A stretch of DNA of 64,000 nt, from NCBI GenBank assembly GCA_964187785.1, contig OZ076419.1, positions 41,044,001-41,108,000 on the forward strand. The letters run 5' to 3'. Made by a program: the position numbers and the translations under genes. Positions within the stretch are counted from its first letter, which is position 1. Every line of letters starts with the position of its first letter. Origin of the DNA: Amphiscolops sp. MND2022 (taxonomy: Eukaryota). The notes under the pieces were generated by a model. That model did no database searches and had not been told where the DNA came from. It saw only the letters and a program-made list of their open reading frames with translations. Positions 27,192-39,314 of this stretch are shown piece after piece.

Positions 27192-27280
27192 CTGCAACAT
27201 ACATGCAACATTGATGCAACATATATGCAACATGGATGCAACATTCATGTTAGACATAAGTTGAAGACATAAGTTGAAGG
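27192..27280. repeat. Short tandem repeats (ATGCAACAT; CATAAGTTGAAG x2)
   Basis: Five TGCAACAT copies at about 11-12 bp spacing next to the acceptor at 27192. Confidence 0.8.
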
Positions 27281-28575
27281 AAGACCAGAGTAACATTAAA
27301 ACTGATCAGAGGTGCAGTGGCACTCGGATATTTTCAGAACAAAATAGCACCCAAATGTAAAAAAAATAAATACAGTTTACGATGGAATACAATGCTCAAA
27401 GGCAATGTGAGGTGTTCCTGTGGCTGGAAATACATATTAGACCAAAACTATAAGTTTGACGTCTTGAAAAGTTCAGAAAACATCCAATTCTAAACAATAT
27501 TGGCGAAAAATGATGTAGGATTTAAATATAGAGGTTGCATCAAACCTACTGATGGAAACAAATTCATATTACTGATTGTGTGACTGGGCCGTTCATTTTT
27601 GCTAAGTTTGCAAAACAAAAAAAATAAAGTTTTAGGAACTTTTTAAATTTTATTACCCAGTAACTCAGAAACTACTGGTCAGAGGAAAACTCAAAAATTT
27701 TACAGCCTCGACACTGTTCTTCAGTTTTTCCTAGACGCATTTTCTGAAAATGTTTTGGTTAAAAATGAACTGGCAAAAATTGTTTTAACAAATTCAAAAG
27801 TGAAATTGTCTTCAACTTTTTGGTACTCTACAGTATTTGCATTCTTTTCCATAGTTTCTTCCCAGATGAAACTTGGAGATTAGTTGTTACGGTGTTAACC
27901 GTGTTCCGGATTTTATTCGGTTGAAATGAGCATTTTTAATTATTCTACTGTTCGGTACTGTTGATAAACATTTGTTAACCTACCAAAAAACTTTGTTCCC
28001 ATATGAGATCGATCATTATATAAAATAGCTCGTGAGAAAACATCAGTACTGCAAATGTCTCATTCCGCAGAACATACTAGCTTAGCTTCATAAAGACAGT
28101 CATCCTGTTTTTGAACAGCAATCTTATGGTGTTTTGAATAATGTGGCAGAGATCGTCTGAGATCTTGTTTACTAACAACCTGCTAAAAACCAAGTTGAGA
28201 GACACTCAATCAGTCTGTTTAAAGCATTTTTTACTGCCGTACGCGATCGATTACAACTATTTAATCTGTTCCTTTTAACGATGCTGTTAAAATTCAATAC
28301 ACCCAAGACCAAAAGTCACTTCCATAGTTGTAGAAAAAAGGCTCTCTTGAATGATTGCTTCAAGTCGAAAAACTTTCCACGAAATTCTTGCAAGCGAATG
28401 TAACGTTGCAAGCTTCAAACTGCACTGTTCTTTCAAGCTCTCAAAATTTCCAATATTTGTCAACAGATGTTTCAAATTAACTTTGAAGACTGCGATTTTC
28501 ATGATGGCAAATTAAGAATTTGACAATAAAAATTGGATCTTGTATTTCAGCAGCGTGGTGAGAAAGAATGCCCAC

Positions 28576-31500
28576 CATTTCCGGAAGTAGCTGATTGACC
28601 AAAACAGTGGCTCGTATAGAGTATCCGGTCCAGAGTTTGTTTTTATCCCAGCCCGCTTTCTCTGCTATGTTTTTCATGAAGTGCGCCAGATTGTTTTTCC
28701 CGATGGGCACTTTGGAAAACCACCTTCCGTTCTGAAAGTTGGCTCTTTTTTGTCACACCAACTCCACGCAAAAGTTTTTCGAACTATCATTAGTTTTGAA
28801 AAAAAAAAACAGAAACCCACAGATGTTCATCAAACGGATCTTGCTCCAGCTTCAGAATTATGGGAAATTGTCAGAAAATAGGATCAAAAGGTTTATCATC
28901 ATAAGAAATTTTCAAACATTAGACATGAGAATAATCCCTCAGCTGTGGTCTTTCCCTGTTAAATTTGCAAATTTGCCAAATTCCAATTCTATCCAAGAAA
29001 TCCAGGAGTTTCTTCCACACAATTCAACGACAAAAAATTAGACTACTTTTGGAGATATATTAATGGAAATATATTTATGGAGATATGATTTTTTTTCAAA
29101 AAATTGTCTGGAATGCAACAACTCCAAAATAACCACTACTGGTTCTTTGCCAAATGTGTTCTTTCAACAACAATTTTAAGATTTGTTATTGGAAAAAGAC
29201 CCTGTTGTGAAAAAAAGTGTCAACTTTTGAAAAATAACTTTGACTCTGGAAAACAAAAACGAGCCTGCATGTCCGTGCAAGGTCTGCAGTAGAAAGATTG
29301 GGCGCCAGGTGGAATTTTGGACATGTACAGCTTAATCAGACGCATAGGACAATTTGGGAGACCATTTGGGTGAATTTCACCCCTTTTCTGCAGAGAATAG
29401 TACCCCTTCAGCAGTTCATAGTTTTCGCGACGCTTCTCCACGTATTCAATCACTTCATTCGGAGGCATCCCTGGATAGTTGTTTTTACTTCCCTTCTAAG
29501 TTTGGAACTTCTCCCGCAAAAATTTTCAAAAATTTGGGTAAACAATTTTAGTAAAACTCTTGCAAAATGCTTCAATCTATTACTAAATGTTTCAGTTTCG
29601 AGGTCTAAATGATTCCAAAAAAGATGAGAAATCACATACCAGAGCCGCATGTGCGGTAAAAAAAAGTCGGAAACGAATTAAAATATTGAAAAACAAATTA
29701 CGTACTTCATTGTCATTTGGTCATTTTTGGACTAATTCTGGCTATGTTTCTCAGATGCCAGTCATACGATTTTGACGTCATTGAGCACACAGGAGCAACT
29801 TTGGGTGTAGAATGACTGTGCAAAATTTTATAAAAATAGTATGGACAGTTTGAGAAATTTGAAACTTTCATTGAAAGTTCGGGAGAAAAAAGGTACGAGT
29901 GCATAAGTAGTCAAAAATTTTTTCCGACTCACAAAAAGTCTAAAATCATATGATCTTTTTTATTGGTAATACTATAAACATGACATAGGGGAAGCAAGAA
30001 AGGCGTCCCTCGAATTTGTATCTGACTGGCAGCTCCCCACCGGAGACTTCGATGTTCGTCCCTAGATCTGAGGGCAAAATGTTTGGCCAGCAAAAAGTAG
30101 ACAGTGTGAATCAGAGTGGACGGGTTCGAATCCCCGAGGATGCCTTTTTTAGTCATGTTACTTTCCTCATTTAGTGCTTCAGCTTTCAGAAGTTTCAAAA
30201 AGACCCCAAGTAAATAATGCAATTTGACATTTTGAAGCCAAACCATTTTCGATGGTAGATAAGTTTGCTGAAAAATTGAATATACGCAGCTTGTTTTAAA
30301 CGTTTTTGATGTAGTCGAAATTCAGTTTGAAATCATTTGAATCTTCATGGAAAAGTTTCATTCGTGGGCGTTTAGGGTGTGAAAAACAGTCCAGACAGAT
30401 ACCGAAGGATTTCTTGATGAACTTTGAACCTGTCTTCAAAAAAAACAGCAGAGTTTTTGAAACCAGAGCCGCATATGCGGTAAAGGAGTCGGCTTAAGTC
30501 TTTTTCCTTCTGACTCGCTTTCGTTCGAATCGTATGAACAGTTTGTGAGAAAATCGAAAAAATCGAAAAATGACTGTTTTTTGGCCATTTTTGGGCTAAA
30601 TTTGGCTATGTTTCTCACATCCCAGCCATACGATTTTGATGCCATTGCACATATAGGACTCTAATATGGTGTAGCATAACTGTAGAAAATTTCGTTTGAA
30701 TCGTATGGACAGTTTTTGAGAAAAGCGAAAAAAGTCGAAAAATGGCCGTTTTTTGGCCATTTTTGGGCTAATTTTGGCTATGTTTCTCACATCCCAGCCA
30801 TACGATTTTGATGCCATTGCACATATAGGACTTTAATATGGTGTAGAATAACTGTAGAAAATTTCGTTCGAATCGTATGGACAGTTTTTGAGAAAATCGA
30901 AAAAAGTCGAAAAATGGCTGTTTTTTGGCCAATTTTGCGCTAATTTTGGTATGTTTCTCACATCCCAGCCATACGATTTTGATGCCTTTGCACACGCAGG
31001 GGCCCCTTTGGGTGTAGAATGACTGTGCAAAATTTCGTGAAAATCGTATGGACAGTTTTTGAGAAATTTGAAATTTTTATGAAAAGGTCGGGAGAAAAAG
31101 AAAAAAAAACAGCACGATTGCATAAGTAGTCGAAAATTTTTTCCGACTCCTAAAAAAGTATTCGTTGCTTATTTCATCAATTTTTTAATAGAAACTATTG
31201 TCACAGCTTAAGTTTTGTACCAAATGTCAGAATAAATTTGCAGTGCCGTTCGTTCGAAGTTTGTTATTTTTTTCATTTCCTTACATCAGTGCGAAATTGT
31301 TTTGTTTCCTCATTTTCCGTGCAATTAAGCAACATAGCTGCCATTCCTTTAAGGTAGAGCTCTTGTTCCATCTCTGGAGTTATCACTTCGGCATGTCTTT
31401 TCCCTGGCACGGGTGTACAATGAGTTATCTCTAGAGCCAGACTGTCGAGATATTCCAGTGTTCTGGCAAACTCTGGCTTTAGCATGTTGAAGTCTAACTC

Positions 31501-34500
31501 CATGCTAATCAAGCATCGTGTTTACAACAATCAAGTAAGTAATTAAGTATACAATCGTGTAATAAAAGAGTGGACCTTAATTTGATTTCAATATTTTGAA
31601 CACTTATTATATTTCCGGTGGTTATAAAGGTTTCGTTAAAATTTGTTTTCTAGTTTACATTGGCGCTTCTTTGAAGTTTTTGTGATAAACATTAATGAAG
31701 ATAGCGAATAATACCTCTATGAATCATGATTTCGACAGTTTGTAATTTAAAAAGATGACACCTCAAAAAGATTTCCAATTCGATTCCTTTTAATCTTCAT
31801 TTTCATCAGTGTCTGATGATTACAAAGTCAAACTTCACAATCATTAGTGCTCAAACATCCAGGGAAAACCGACATTCCTACCAAAATAATTTGCGTACAA
31901 GCAATAAAATTCGGAAATGGAACTGACTCTACGGAATAACTACTTTTCTTATTCTCAAGAAACTAAAAATTTGTTTAGCACAGGAATTTCCCGTGCTAAA
32001 TTCTTCCCAAGTTTTTGCGAATAATACTAGATGCTGATGGAATGCTAGGAAATACTTTCCACTTGGCATGAGGCGGGTTTCTCTGCCTGATGACGGGTGT
32101 TGAAAAGCAGGAGGACACAGGTTTGAATACCGCACTAAACTGAAAATTTTTGTTAGGCTAAGAGTGACCAAAGCGCCTCCTTTTAATTTTAAGCCACGGC
32201 ACTGTGACTTTTTGTGAACTTTTTTCAAAAGTAATCTTAGCTACTTTAGCAACATAACTTTCAGCAAGTACAAAGCATTTTTCGAGCCCAGCGGCCTCAG
32301 TGTTTGGCACAGAGCGACTTTCCGATGAAAATTATTTTCGCTAGTGTGAGATTTATGAGAGTCCTCTCAACGATCGTTCTTGAGCAAAATCTACGGATTT
32401 CTGTTACAAAATACAACTTCAAAATGCTCTATTTTCGGAATGTTAACATCATTCCCGAATTATATCGGATCTTGCGAGGACGAAGACAAAACAAATACGT
32501 TTTCTTGGATTTGCTTTTTCGGAACTCCTCTTTCATAAATGTATGAACTAGTAGGTTTCAGAAGAGTTGAGATTTTTTAGATCACGAAAAACCGATACTT
32601 TTTGTCAAAAAAATGACGATGGAAGATGTCAGATTTTTTTCAAGAAGTGTCCCAGCAAAATATATATGGCATATACATTCCCTGTTGTATTCGAAGTTTA
32701 CGTATGACAATAGAAGACAATTGAAAATATAAACTGAATCTGTTTTTAGTGTGCGCTTTTTGAGAAAAAAGTGCCCCATTTTCACAGAACTAAGTTTTTT
32801 GTCAGCATGGACTGGATGGTCCACTTTATTGTTCAAATTTGTTCAACTTCGTCAGTGATTTGATGTGGCCGTGAAGCAACTCTACAATGTATCTAGGGCC
32901 AAATTAAGTAGCAAAGGGCCACACTTTGAGGGTTTTCGACGCTATACGACCTTTTTTTGAATAGGTTTTTCGATGTTTTTAGTTACAAAAAAGTCTTTAC
33001 GAGTTCAAAAGCCGCCTTTCCAACTTTGACACTCTAAAATATACAAATATTTCATGAAAGCCATCTTGAGGATAATATTGATACTTTGAGATGGTTGAGG
33101 CTTGAGCGGAGCGCCGATTTTACACGTTCTCGTCTTGATTGATAGATTATAGAATAAACTAATCACCAGAAAGTAGTATAGACTGTGGAATGAGTTTAGT
33201 CTCTAGAGCTTACTGTTCTGACTTATAATGATTGACCATAAACTTCATTGCCATATCTACATATAGTATTTTTTTTTGCTTTCTTGGGTCATGCAGTAAA
33301 TGAAAGATACAAGTTTTACTTGCTTGAGAACCAGCTTCATGGAGAAGCCGCGGCTTTTGGTTGGTTATAGGTCTCAATAACCGCAGATACATCACCATCA
33401 AAGTGCGAATATTATTCAAGAGGCTCTGAGTCGATGGTTCAAACAACTCTAACAAGTTTAACCCTAATTGACCTGGGCGTTTTTGCAAATTTTCAAAAAT
33501 TCTGATTAGAAATTTTAATTCAATATCTCCACAACTACGCGTACCAGAGAAACGAACTATAGCACGTTTGAAAGATCTGGTATTGGGCTTTCATTTTGGC
33601 CAGGTGAGCCCCTGTCGCCGCGCGCCCTATTCTTTTTTTTTCGTGTTTTTTAGTTTAGTTTCTTTTTCCGGTATTACTGCTTCGCGTGGGGCTTGTAGTA
33701 ACAACAGGATATCATTGGGGTTTGCTGCACAAGGACTTGTTGTGGAAGGGTATGTGGTTGGTTTTTTCTATTGATCAAAGACTTGGGGAAACTGGATTTC
33801 GTCAAAAACTGAGTTTTGGGAAAGTGTAACCATTTTCTGTGCAAAAAAAAACATTTTTCTCGGATTTGAAGACATATTCACTTTTTCTAATGCTTGTGCC
33901 ACTCAAATCAATCTATGTATCAATGAACTTTTGAAAAAAAAACTGTGCTAGAGAGTATGGGCTGCTGGCAAAAGGAATCAGAAATTGAAAAAAGGTATGC
34001 TGCTTTAAAGTACCACTAGGTTAATTAGGGTTAAGTAATCTTTAAGTTGCAAATCCTATTTTTTTGAGGAAGATGGCTTTAAAATTTTAATGACTAGCTT
34101 GTGCTCCTAATTTAGGTTCTGAAAATATTTATTCAAGGTAATGCAGGTACGAATCACTGCAGGCAGGTACAATTTCAATGCAGCATGAACAATTTTGATT
34201 TCAACTTCACTTCGGTATGCAAGGAAATGAACCGAACTGTTTAAAATATGAGGAGTCCGTTGTAAACATGATGCCTTTTTATCATCATCTGCATCACATT
34301 GTAGAAGTAATGCAATTGTCTAACAGGGTAAGGTCTTCCGTCCTTTTTACATACACATTCCCATTTCCCCTCCAATTGTTAGAAAAACACTGAAGCAAAT
34401 TTCTGTCTCCTTTTCACTTTCTACAAATCAAAAACCCCTCAAAGCATTCACATTCCGACAAAACGTCTCCCAAAAATGCACTTTTTAAAACGCTATCATT

Positions 34501-36608
34501 GAAATTTACTCAAGGAAATGAACTTTCAAAATTTTCATCATCATTTCAACTTTCAAAAAGACGTTGAAATTTTTACATCGCCATGTAATCCAGTTGATTA
34601 GAATATGATAAATAATATGACTTCCTCCGGGTGTAACCTCTAGTGGAATCTGCTGGGAAGTTTTTCATGCTGCTTCCATGCACACTTTTCCTCACTAACG
34701 TTTCCTTACAAAACATGGAAATTTCTGAACACCCGCGTTTAAAGAAAACTTTGCAGGATTACAATGCAGCTTCCACTATTTAAATTAAAGCCGAGGACCA
34801 TGTTTCTTATTCCCATGTACTCCTTGTTTTGCATCCCCCAACACAAAAAACTTCTATTTTGAAAAAGGCTTTTACGAAAAATTTTAAATGGTTAACAATT
34901 TTTAATGGTTATAACAAGACATAGTATAATTTTCCAGCAAAAAAGGGCCCTGATTTTTCATATTATTGTCCAAAGTAGCAAAAATTCACACCTGGAACAA
35001 GCCGAAGTTGTATAGAAAGGTCCTTACCACACATTTTCCCCGCAAAAAAACGAAATTGGCAACTTTTAAATGCTCATCAATGTGAAAGATAGGATTATGT
35101 CAAATATTATTGCATAGGATTAAAATTCCATATAACTATGTCGACATAGTGGTATTTGAACCTTGTTTATTATTCCCCCGCTTGTAAAATATTTCCCTCT
35201 TTTTCAACGCTGTCAATCACTTTTTTCACACTTCATTTTGTTCAATAATTAACTTGAGTATTCACTGTTATTCAAATTGCACGCTGAATATGGCGCTACT
35301 TTGAAATCAATAAAGCGACTGAAGTTGATTTGCATTAAATTGGCGGTAAAATTGATAAAGTCTCAGCTGCATTTAAAAATAGATTTGATGCATAAAAAAA
35401 CTTCGATGCGCGGATTTGCTGCCAAATTTAGGATGTATCGTCTAAGCAGCTTGATAAAATTCAATTGAAACTGTGAAATTTTAATACATGGAAGTTGCCG
35501 CGATAGTTCTGTAAAATCATGATAAATTAGCTTGGCAACCTACGAAAACTTGTGAAAAGTTCGAACAGTTTCAATTAGGGACGTCATATTTTCGAGCCGA
35601 TCTATGTTTTTGTCATAGCTGTTTCACACTGTATTATCATTTCAGGAGTGATGATTAGTGGGGAAAGAGAAAATTTAGTGATTTTGCTCCCTTTTTGCGG
35701 ACTTCTGAGAAGAACAGGGGCAAAAAGTGATCTATATCGGGAGTGAACTTTGAGAACAGAGTTTTCAGTTCGCACACAGGGAGGCCTGGGTCTGCTTTCT
35801 GTCTGTTGCGGAGCCACCTACAATAATCTTTACCCCTAACCGTCCTTCCATCCCTTCCTCAACTGGCCCTCAAACCATGAAAACTGGAAATATTTTTTAA
35901 AAAGCAGCCTATATCTCATAAATGGGAAAAATTATTTCCCAGCTGCGTTTTTTTTCACAAACTAGGTGTACTCTTATTTTCAGTCAAAACGAAGTGTTTT
36001 TTAAACAGAATTCAAAGATGAAAAACATTTGCTTCGCAGAATTTCAGCTTGTGAAGGTTTTTGAAATTAACTTTTCTCGAAAAAGCACATCAAGTTTGAA
36101 CTTTTTGAGCAAGTTTTGAACCATTTGTTGAACTTTTTCATATAACAAAATTATTGATTCTGCGTTTTCACTTGTGTTGCTAGATTCACGAAGGAACATA
36201 TCCCGGTTGCGCGTGTCTCGTTAGAATTAAAAAAAAAACAAGATGATTTCTTTTCAAACTTGAATTATTTTTAGCAGTAAAAATCATTTTTCAATAGAAA
36301 ACTAACGAGAATCAATGTTTTTAATCTTTAAAATGTCAACTAGTGAACAATCAATTTTCCACGCACATCACGTTTTAAGGTGAATGTTCCAATTTTCACT
36401 GTAAAAATCATTGTTTAAAATCTTTTCGCTATATTTACGCTCAAAAAATCGTTGGGATTTTCATTTTTATTTTAGAGTATAAAAAAGCTATCCACGATGG
36501 TTGGTTAGGGATAAAAGATTGTACCTGATCCAGATTTTTTCAAGCGAATCTATGGCCCTTCTGGAGTTATCGCTCAATGGAGAGGAGAAGGTGTCACAAT
36601 TGTTGTAA
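28576..36608 (-). CDS. DUF3504 (Crypton tyrosine-recombinase-derived) domain, seven exons: 36608-36525, 35817-35691, 34342-34275, 31504-31347, 30143-30009, 29470-29265, 28731-28576
   Basis: The joined translation is continuous and family-typical: SDNSRRAIDSLEKIWIR|WLRNR...DHFLPLFFSEVRKK|DGRPYPVRQL...MQMMIKS|MELDFNMLKPEF...ITPEMEQELYLKG|ILGDSNPSTLIHTVYFLLAKHFALRSRDEHRSL...IQIRG|MPPNE...NCPMRLIKLYMSKIP...FYCRP...Q|NGRWFSKVPIGKNNL..FMKNIAEKAG...WTGYSIRAT. All phases agree. The start of the first exon is uncertain (36608-36659). Confidence 0.85.
29640..29930 (-). mobile_element. HINE-like family B, monomer (another monomer at 43090-43390)
   Basis: Inverted pair AGTCGGAAA (29665) / TTTCCGACT (29921). 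Hairpin CCGC-ATGT-GCGG (29645-29656) lies outside the 3' inverted repeat. Confidence 0.65.
30464..31149 (-). mobile_element. HINE-like family B copy with internal 172-bp tandem expansion
   Basis: Same ends as the monomer (CCGCATATGCGG...GAGTCGG at 30469-30492; TTCCGACTC at 31141-31149). Internal unit anchors at 30601, 30773 and 30945. Confidence 0.75.
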
Positions 36609-38429
36609 CTGGGAGACAAAACAGCATCAGTCATTTCGCACTCATTCATCTTTTCAGGCTTCCCAGATTATTAACAGCTTAAATTGCGTAACAGCTAGGA
36701 ACAATTTCTATCAATAATTCGAAAAATTCCTTAAAATTCAACTAATTTTCGTGATTCTATGTAAGTTAGATAAATAAGTGTAACTTTCGTTTACTCGCCA
36801 AAAAACTTCCATGTTTTCCATTTCTTTTAAAAGTGAGAATTGCCTCGATTTGTTGGGGGAAAGGGGTTGATATAAAGCTTCGGAAGTGACGTCATAGGGG
36901 CTTTAATAGAGGCGACCAGAAGTACTTCAAAGCGTCAAGCAATCTCTTTTGAAAAAAATTCTCAATCTCATGTAGCCAAAAAAAAACAGAAAGGGGACCC
37001 TTTGTGCCTAAAAAGGCTTTTTTCTTGCCAGATATGTAAAACGCCAAAGCTTTCTTCCTGTTTTATAATCCAAGACAGCCAGGAACCAGAGCGCGAAGCT
37101 TTTGTCAAATAAAATTTTTCGCAAAAACGTCGCAAAGTGTCGAAAAAACCCTTTGGTCCTAAAAACGCTTTTTCTACCCGAAAATATCAAAAAAACAAAA
37201 GCGGAGACTCTTTTAGAATACCGAAACGTTTCAGCAAAAAGGTCCCACAGTTCCGAAAATAACACTCAAAGTCCAAAACCGTTCGCCAAAATTGAATGGG
37301 TAGACCACAAAAAATTTACTATTTTTGTGGGAATTTTATGGTCACTTCGGCCGGAAAACCCGACGGAAAGTCACTATAGAAGTCGTGTATCATTTCATAA
37401 ACCGCCCAACTAAAAATCATCAGCATTGAAACTCGAACAAAAAAGGGCAATATGTAAATTGGATTGGTTCCAAAAAGTCATGTTTCGCATAAAAAGAGTT
37501 TTAAAAACACTTCAATTCCTAATCTTGGCATAAATATAAAAAGACGTTAAGAGAGTGTAATAAACTCGTATTGAAGTGAAATAATTAATATGAAAGGATG
37601 AAAAAGATACAGGGGGTTTAAAGAGAGCAAAGAGGACGCATTTTACAATTTATTGGATCATCATGAACATTTAAAATCTACCCAGGGTACGGGTCTGTGA
37701 TTGGTAACATCTGGATTTTGACGAAATTTTTGCAAAAAATGCAGTTTGATTCGTGTTTTATGGTAACAATGGTGTTTGCTGTTTTTACTTTTTATTGAAG
37801 GGGCTAATTCGTTGTATAAGACAGTTCTTTCTGAAAAGAACACTTACCCAACATGATGATTGGGGTTGAAGATTCAGGTAAAAATTTTTAGTTCTTTCTT
37901 CTTGCGATAGTAGTAGGTGTTTAATTATTGCCAATTAAATAGAAGAAACAGAGTTGCGTCATTTCTATGAGAAAAATTTGATTCAGATTTGCCCGATATA
38001 CTTAGTCATTTTACAAAAATATCATTTATTGATTTTATTAATTCTAATTCTTGAATTTCAATTATAAAATTTCAACAACCTACCTTTTTTGAGAAAAAAA
38101 AAACAAAAAACCCTAGCAGCGGTCAAACTCGGTGTTTCAAGCAGGAAAGAAAATTTGATAATCTGGGAGTTTTTTCTGTCTCACTTTCTTCTGTCAATAA
38201 GTGTTTCACAAAGTTTGCACGATGTTGATAAGAATTGAATGTGGAAAAGAGCTAGCTAATCATGAAAACTTCGTGACAATGAACAAAAAGTCAGTTGTAT
38301 GCATTTGTTAATGACTTCTAGTTTCGGTTTTTCAATTACACAAACCAATGGTCCGATATTTCACACCGTAATTGAAAACCACGTTTCCACTCAATGATTG
38401 ATTTTTTATGAAGTTTTCCACTAATACTG

Positions 38430-38667
38430 AACAAGACGCCCGCGGACCAGCGGGATATTTTCCGCCCCAAATCATTTGAGCAACAAAAACGTTTTAAGTC
38501 CAAAAATCCTTACAAATACATATCGCATGGAACTAAATTTATGTCAGTTGAATTCTGTGAATGTACTTCTTCATATTACGTAAACAATAATTCTTGGCAA
38601 ATTTTGTAAAAAAAACCCGTTTGATTTAAATATTTTCCTTTCCCATATGAAATATGGGCGGAAAATA
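38430..38667 (-). mobile_element. HINE-like family C element (~238 bp)
   Basis: 12-bp inverted repeat TATTTTCCGCCC (38456-38467) / GGGCGGAAAATA (38656-38667). On the minus strand the 3' copy is followed by hairpin CCCGC-TGGTCC-GCGGG and CGTCTTGTT. Confidence 0.55.
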
Positions 38668-39242
38668 ATAAGTTATCTAAAATTAAGTAATCTCATTAGG
38701 AGTTGAATTTAGCTGAAAGAAAAATGAATAAATAATCTGTTTTGCTAAATTGTGTCCCGATTCACTATTTTTGGGCTGTATAACCTAACAGATATTAATT
38801 ATCGGTTAAAAATATTGCATGATGTGTGTAATTTGGTCTTAATTGTAAAAATATGAATAATTTTCCTTGAACAAACACGCCTGATAGTCAAGGATATTTT
38901 TTCTACAAAAAGGAAAAGATTTTGCGAATGTTACCTCCATTTTGAACCTTTCATGAGTATTATTTTAAAAATTCTTTCCAGCCTTCCAAAAGTTGCCATT
39001 TGTTGCCAGAAATAATATTTAATTGGAATAATTTCAAATATCGAGAAACAAAACAAAAAATCAATTATTTCAACTTGAAATGCATCATAGTTTTTGGCCG
39101 ACAGATGTAACCATAATCTTGAGAATATTGAAACCTTTTTCAAAAGAGCTGAGGCCCGCGAAATGTGTTAACTTTTCATCTTCGCAGGACAAAATAACTA
39201 CTCGATAGTGATGATCTTTCAAACATTTTGTTAATAACTCAC

Positions 39243-39314
39243 CACATGGGAGATAGCGGTAGCGAATTGAAAGCGATTTTTTAGCCATGAGCAGCAGCAA
39301 AAAACTTGCTGGTA
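39243..39314 (-). CDS. Candidate 72-bp symmetric exon
   Basis: ATGCAG| acceptor and GTG|GTGAGT donor; open in phase 0 (YQQVFCCCSWLKNRFQFATAISHV). No homology support. Confidence 0.2.

Noticed and set aside
30464-31149. Regularly spaced repeats as a CRISPR array (also 7800-8720 and 21226-21370)
   Set aside because: Whole units repeat with no unique spacers, there are no cas genes, and the context is eukaryotic.
29467-31350. 5-bp direct repeats at intron ends (AAAGG, AGGGA) as TSDs of introner transposons
   Set aside because: They are largely explained by the AG|G context at both splice sites, the other introns lack them, and the intron ends share no TIRs.
33382-33448. Candidate DUF3504 exon ELFEPSTQSLLNNIRTLMVMYLR
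   Set aside because: It is phase-compatible with 31504, but exon 34342-34275 (DGRPYP...MQMMIK) fits the motif and the upstream EVRKK exon much better.
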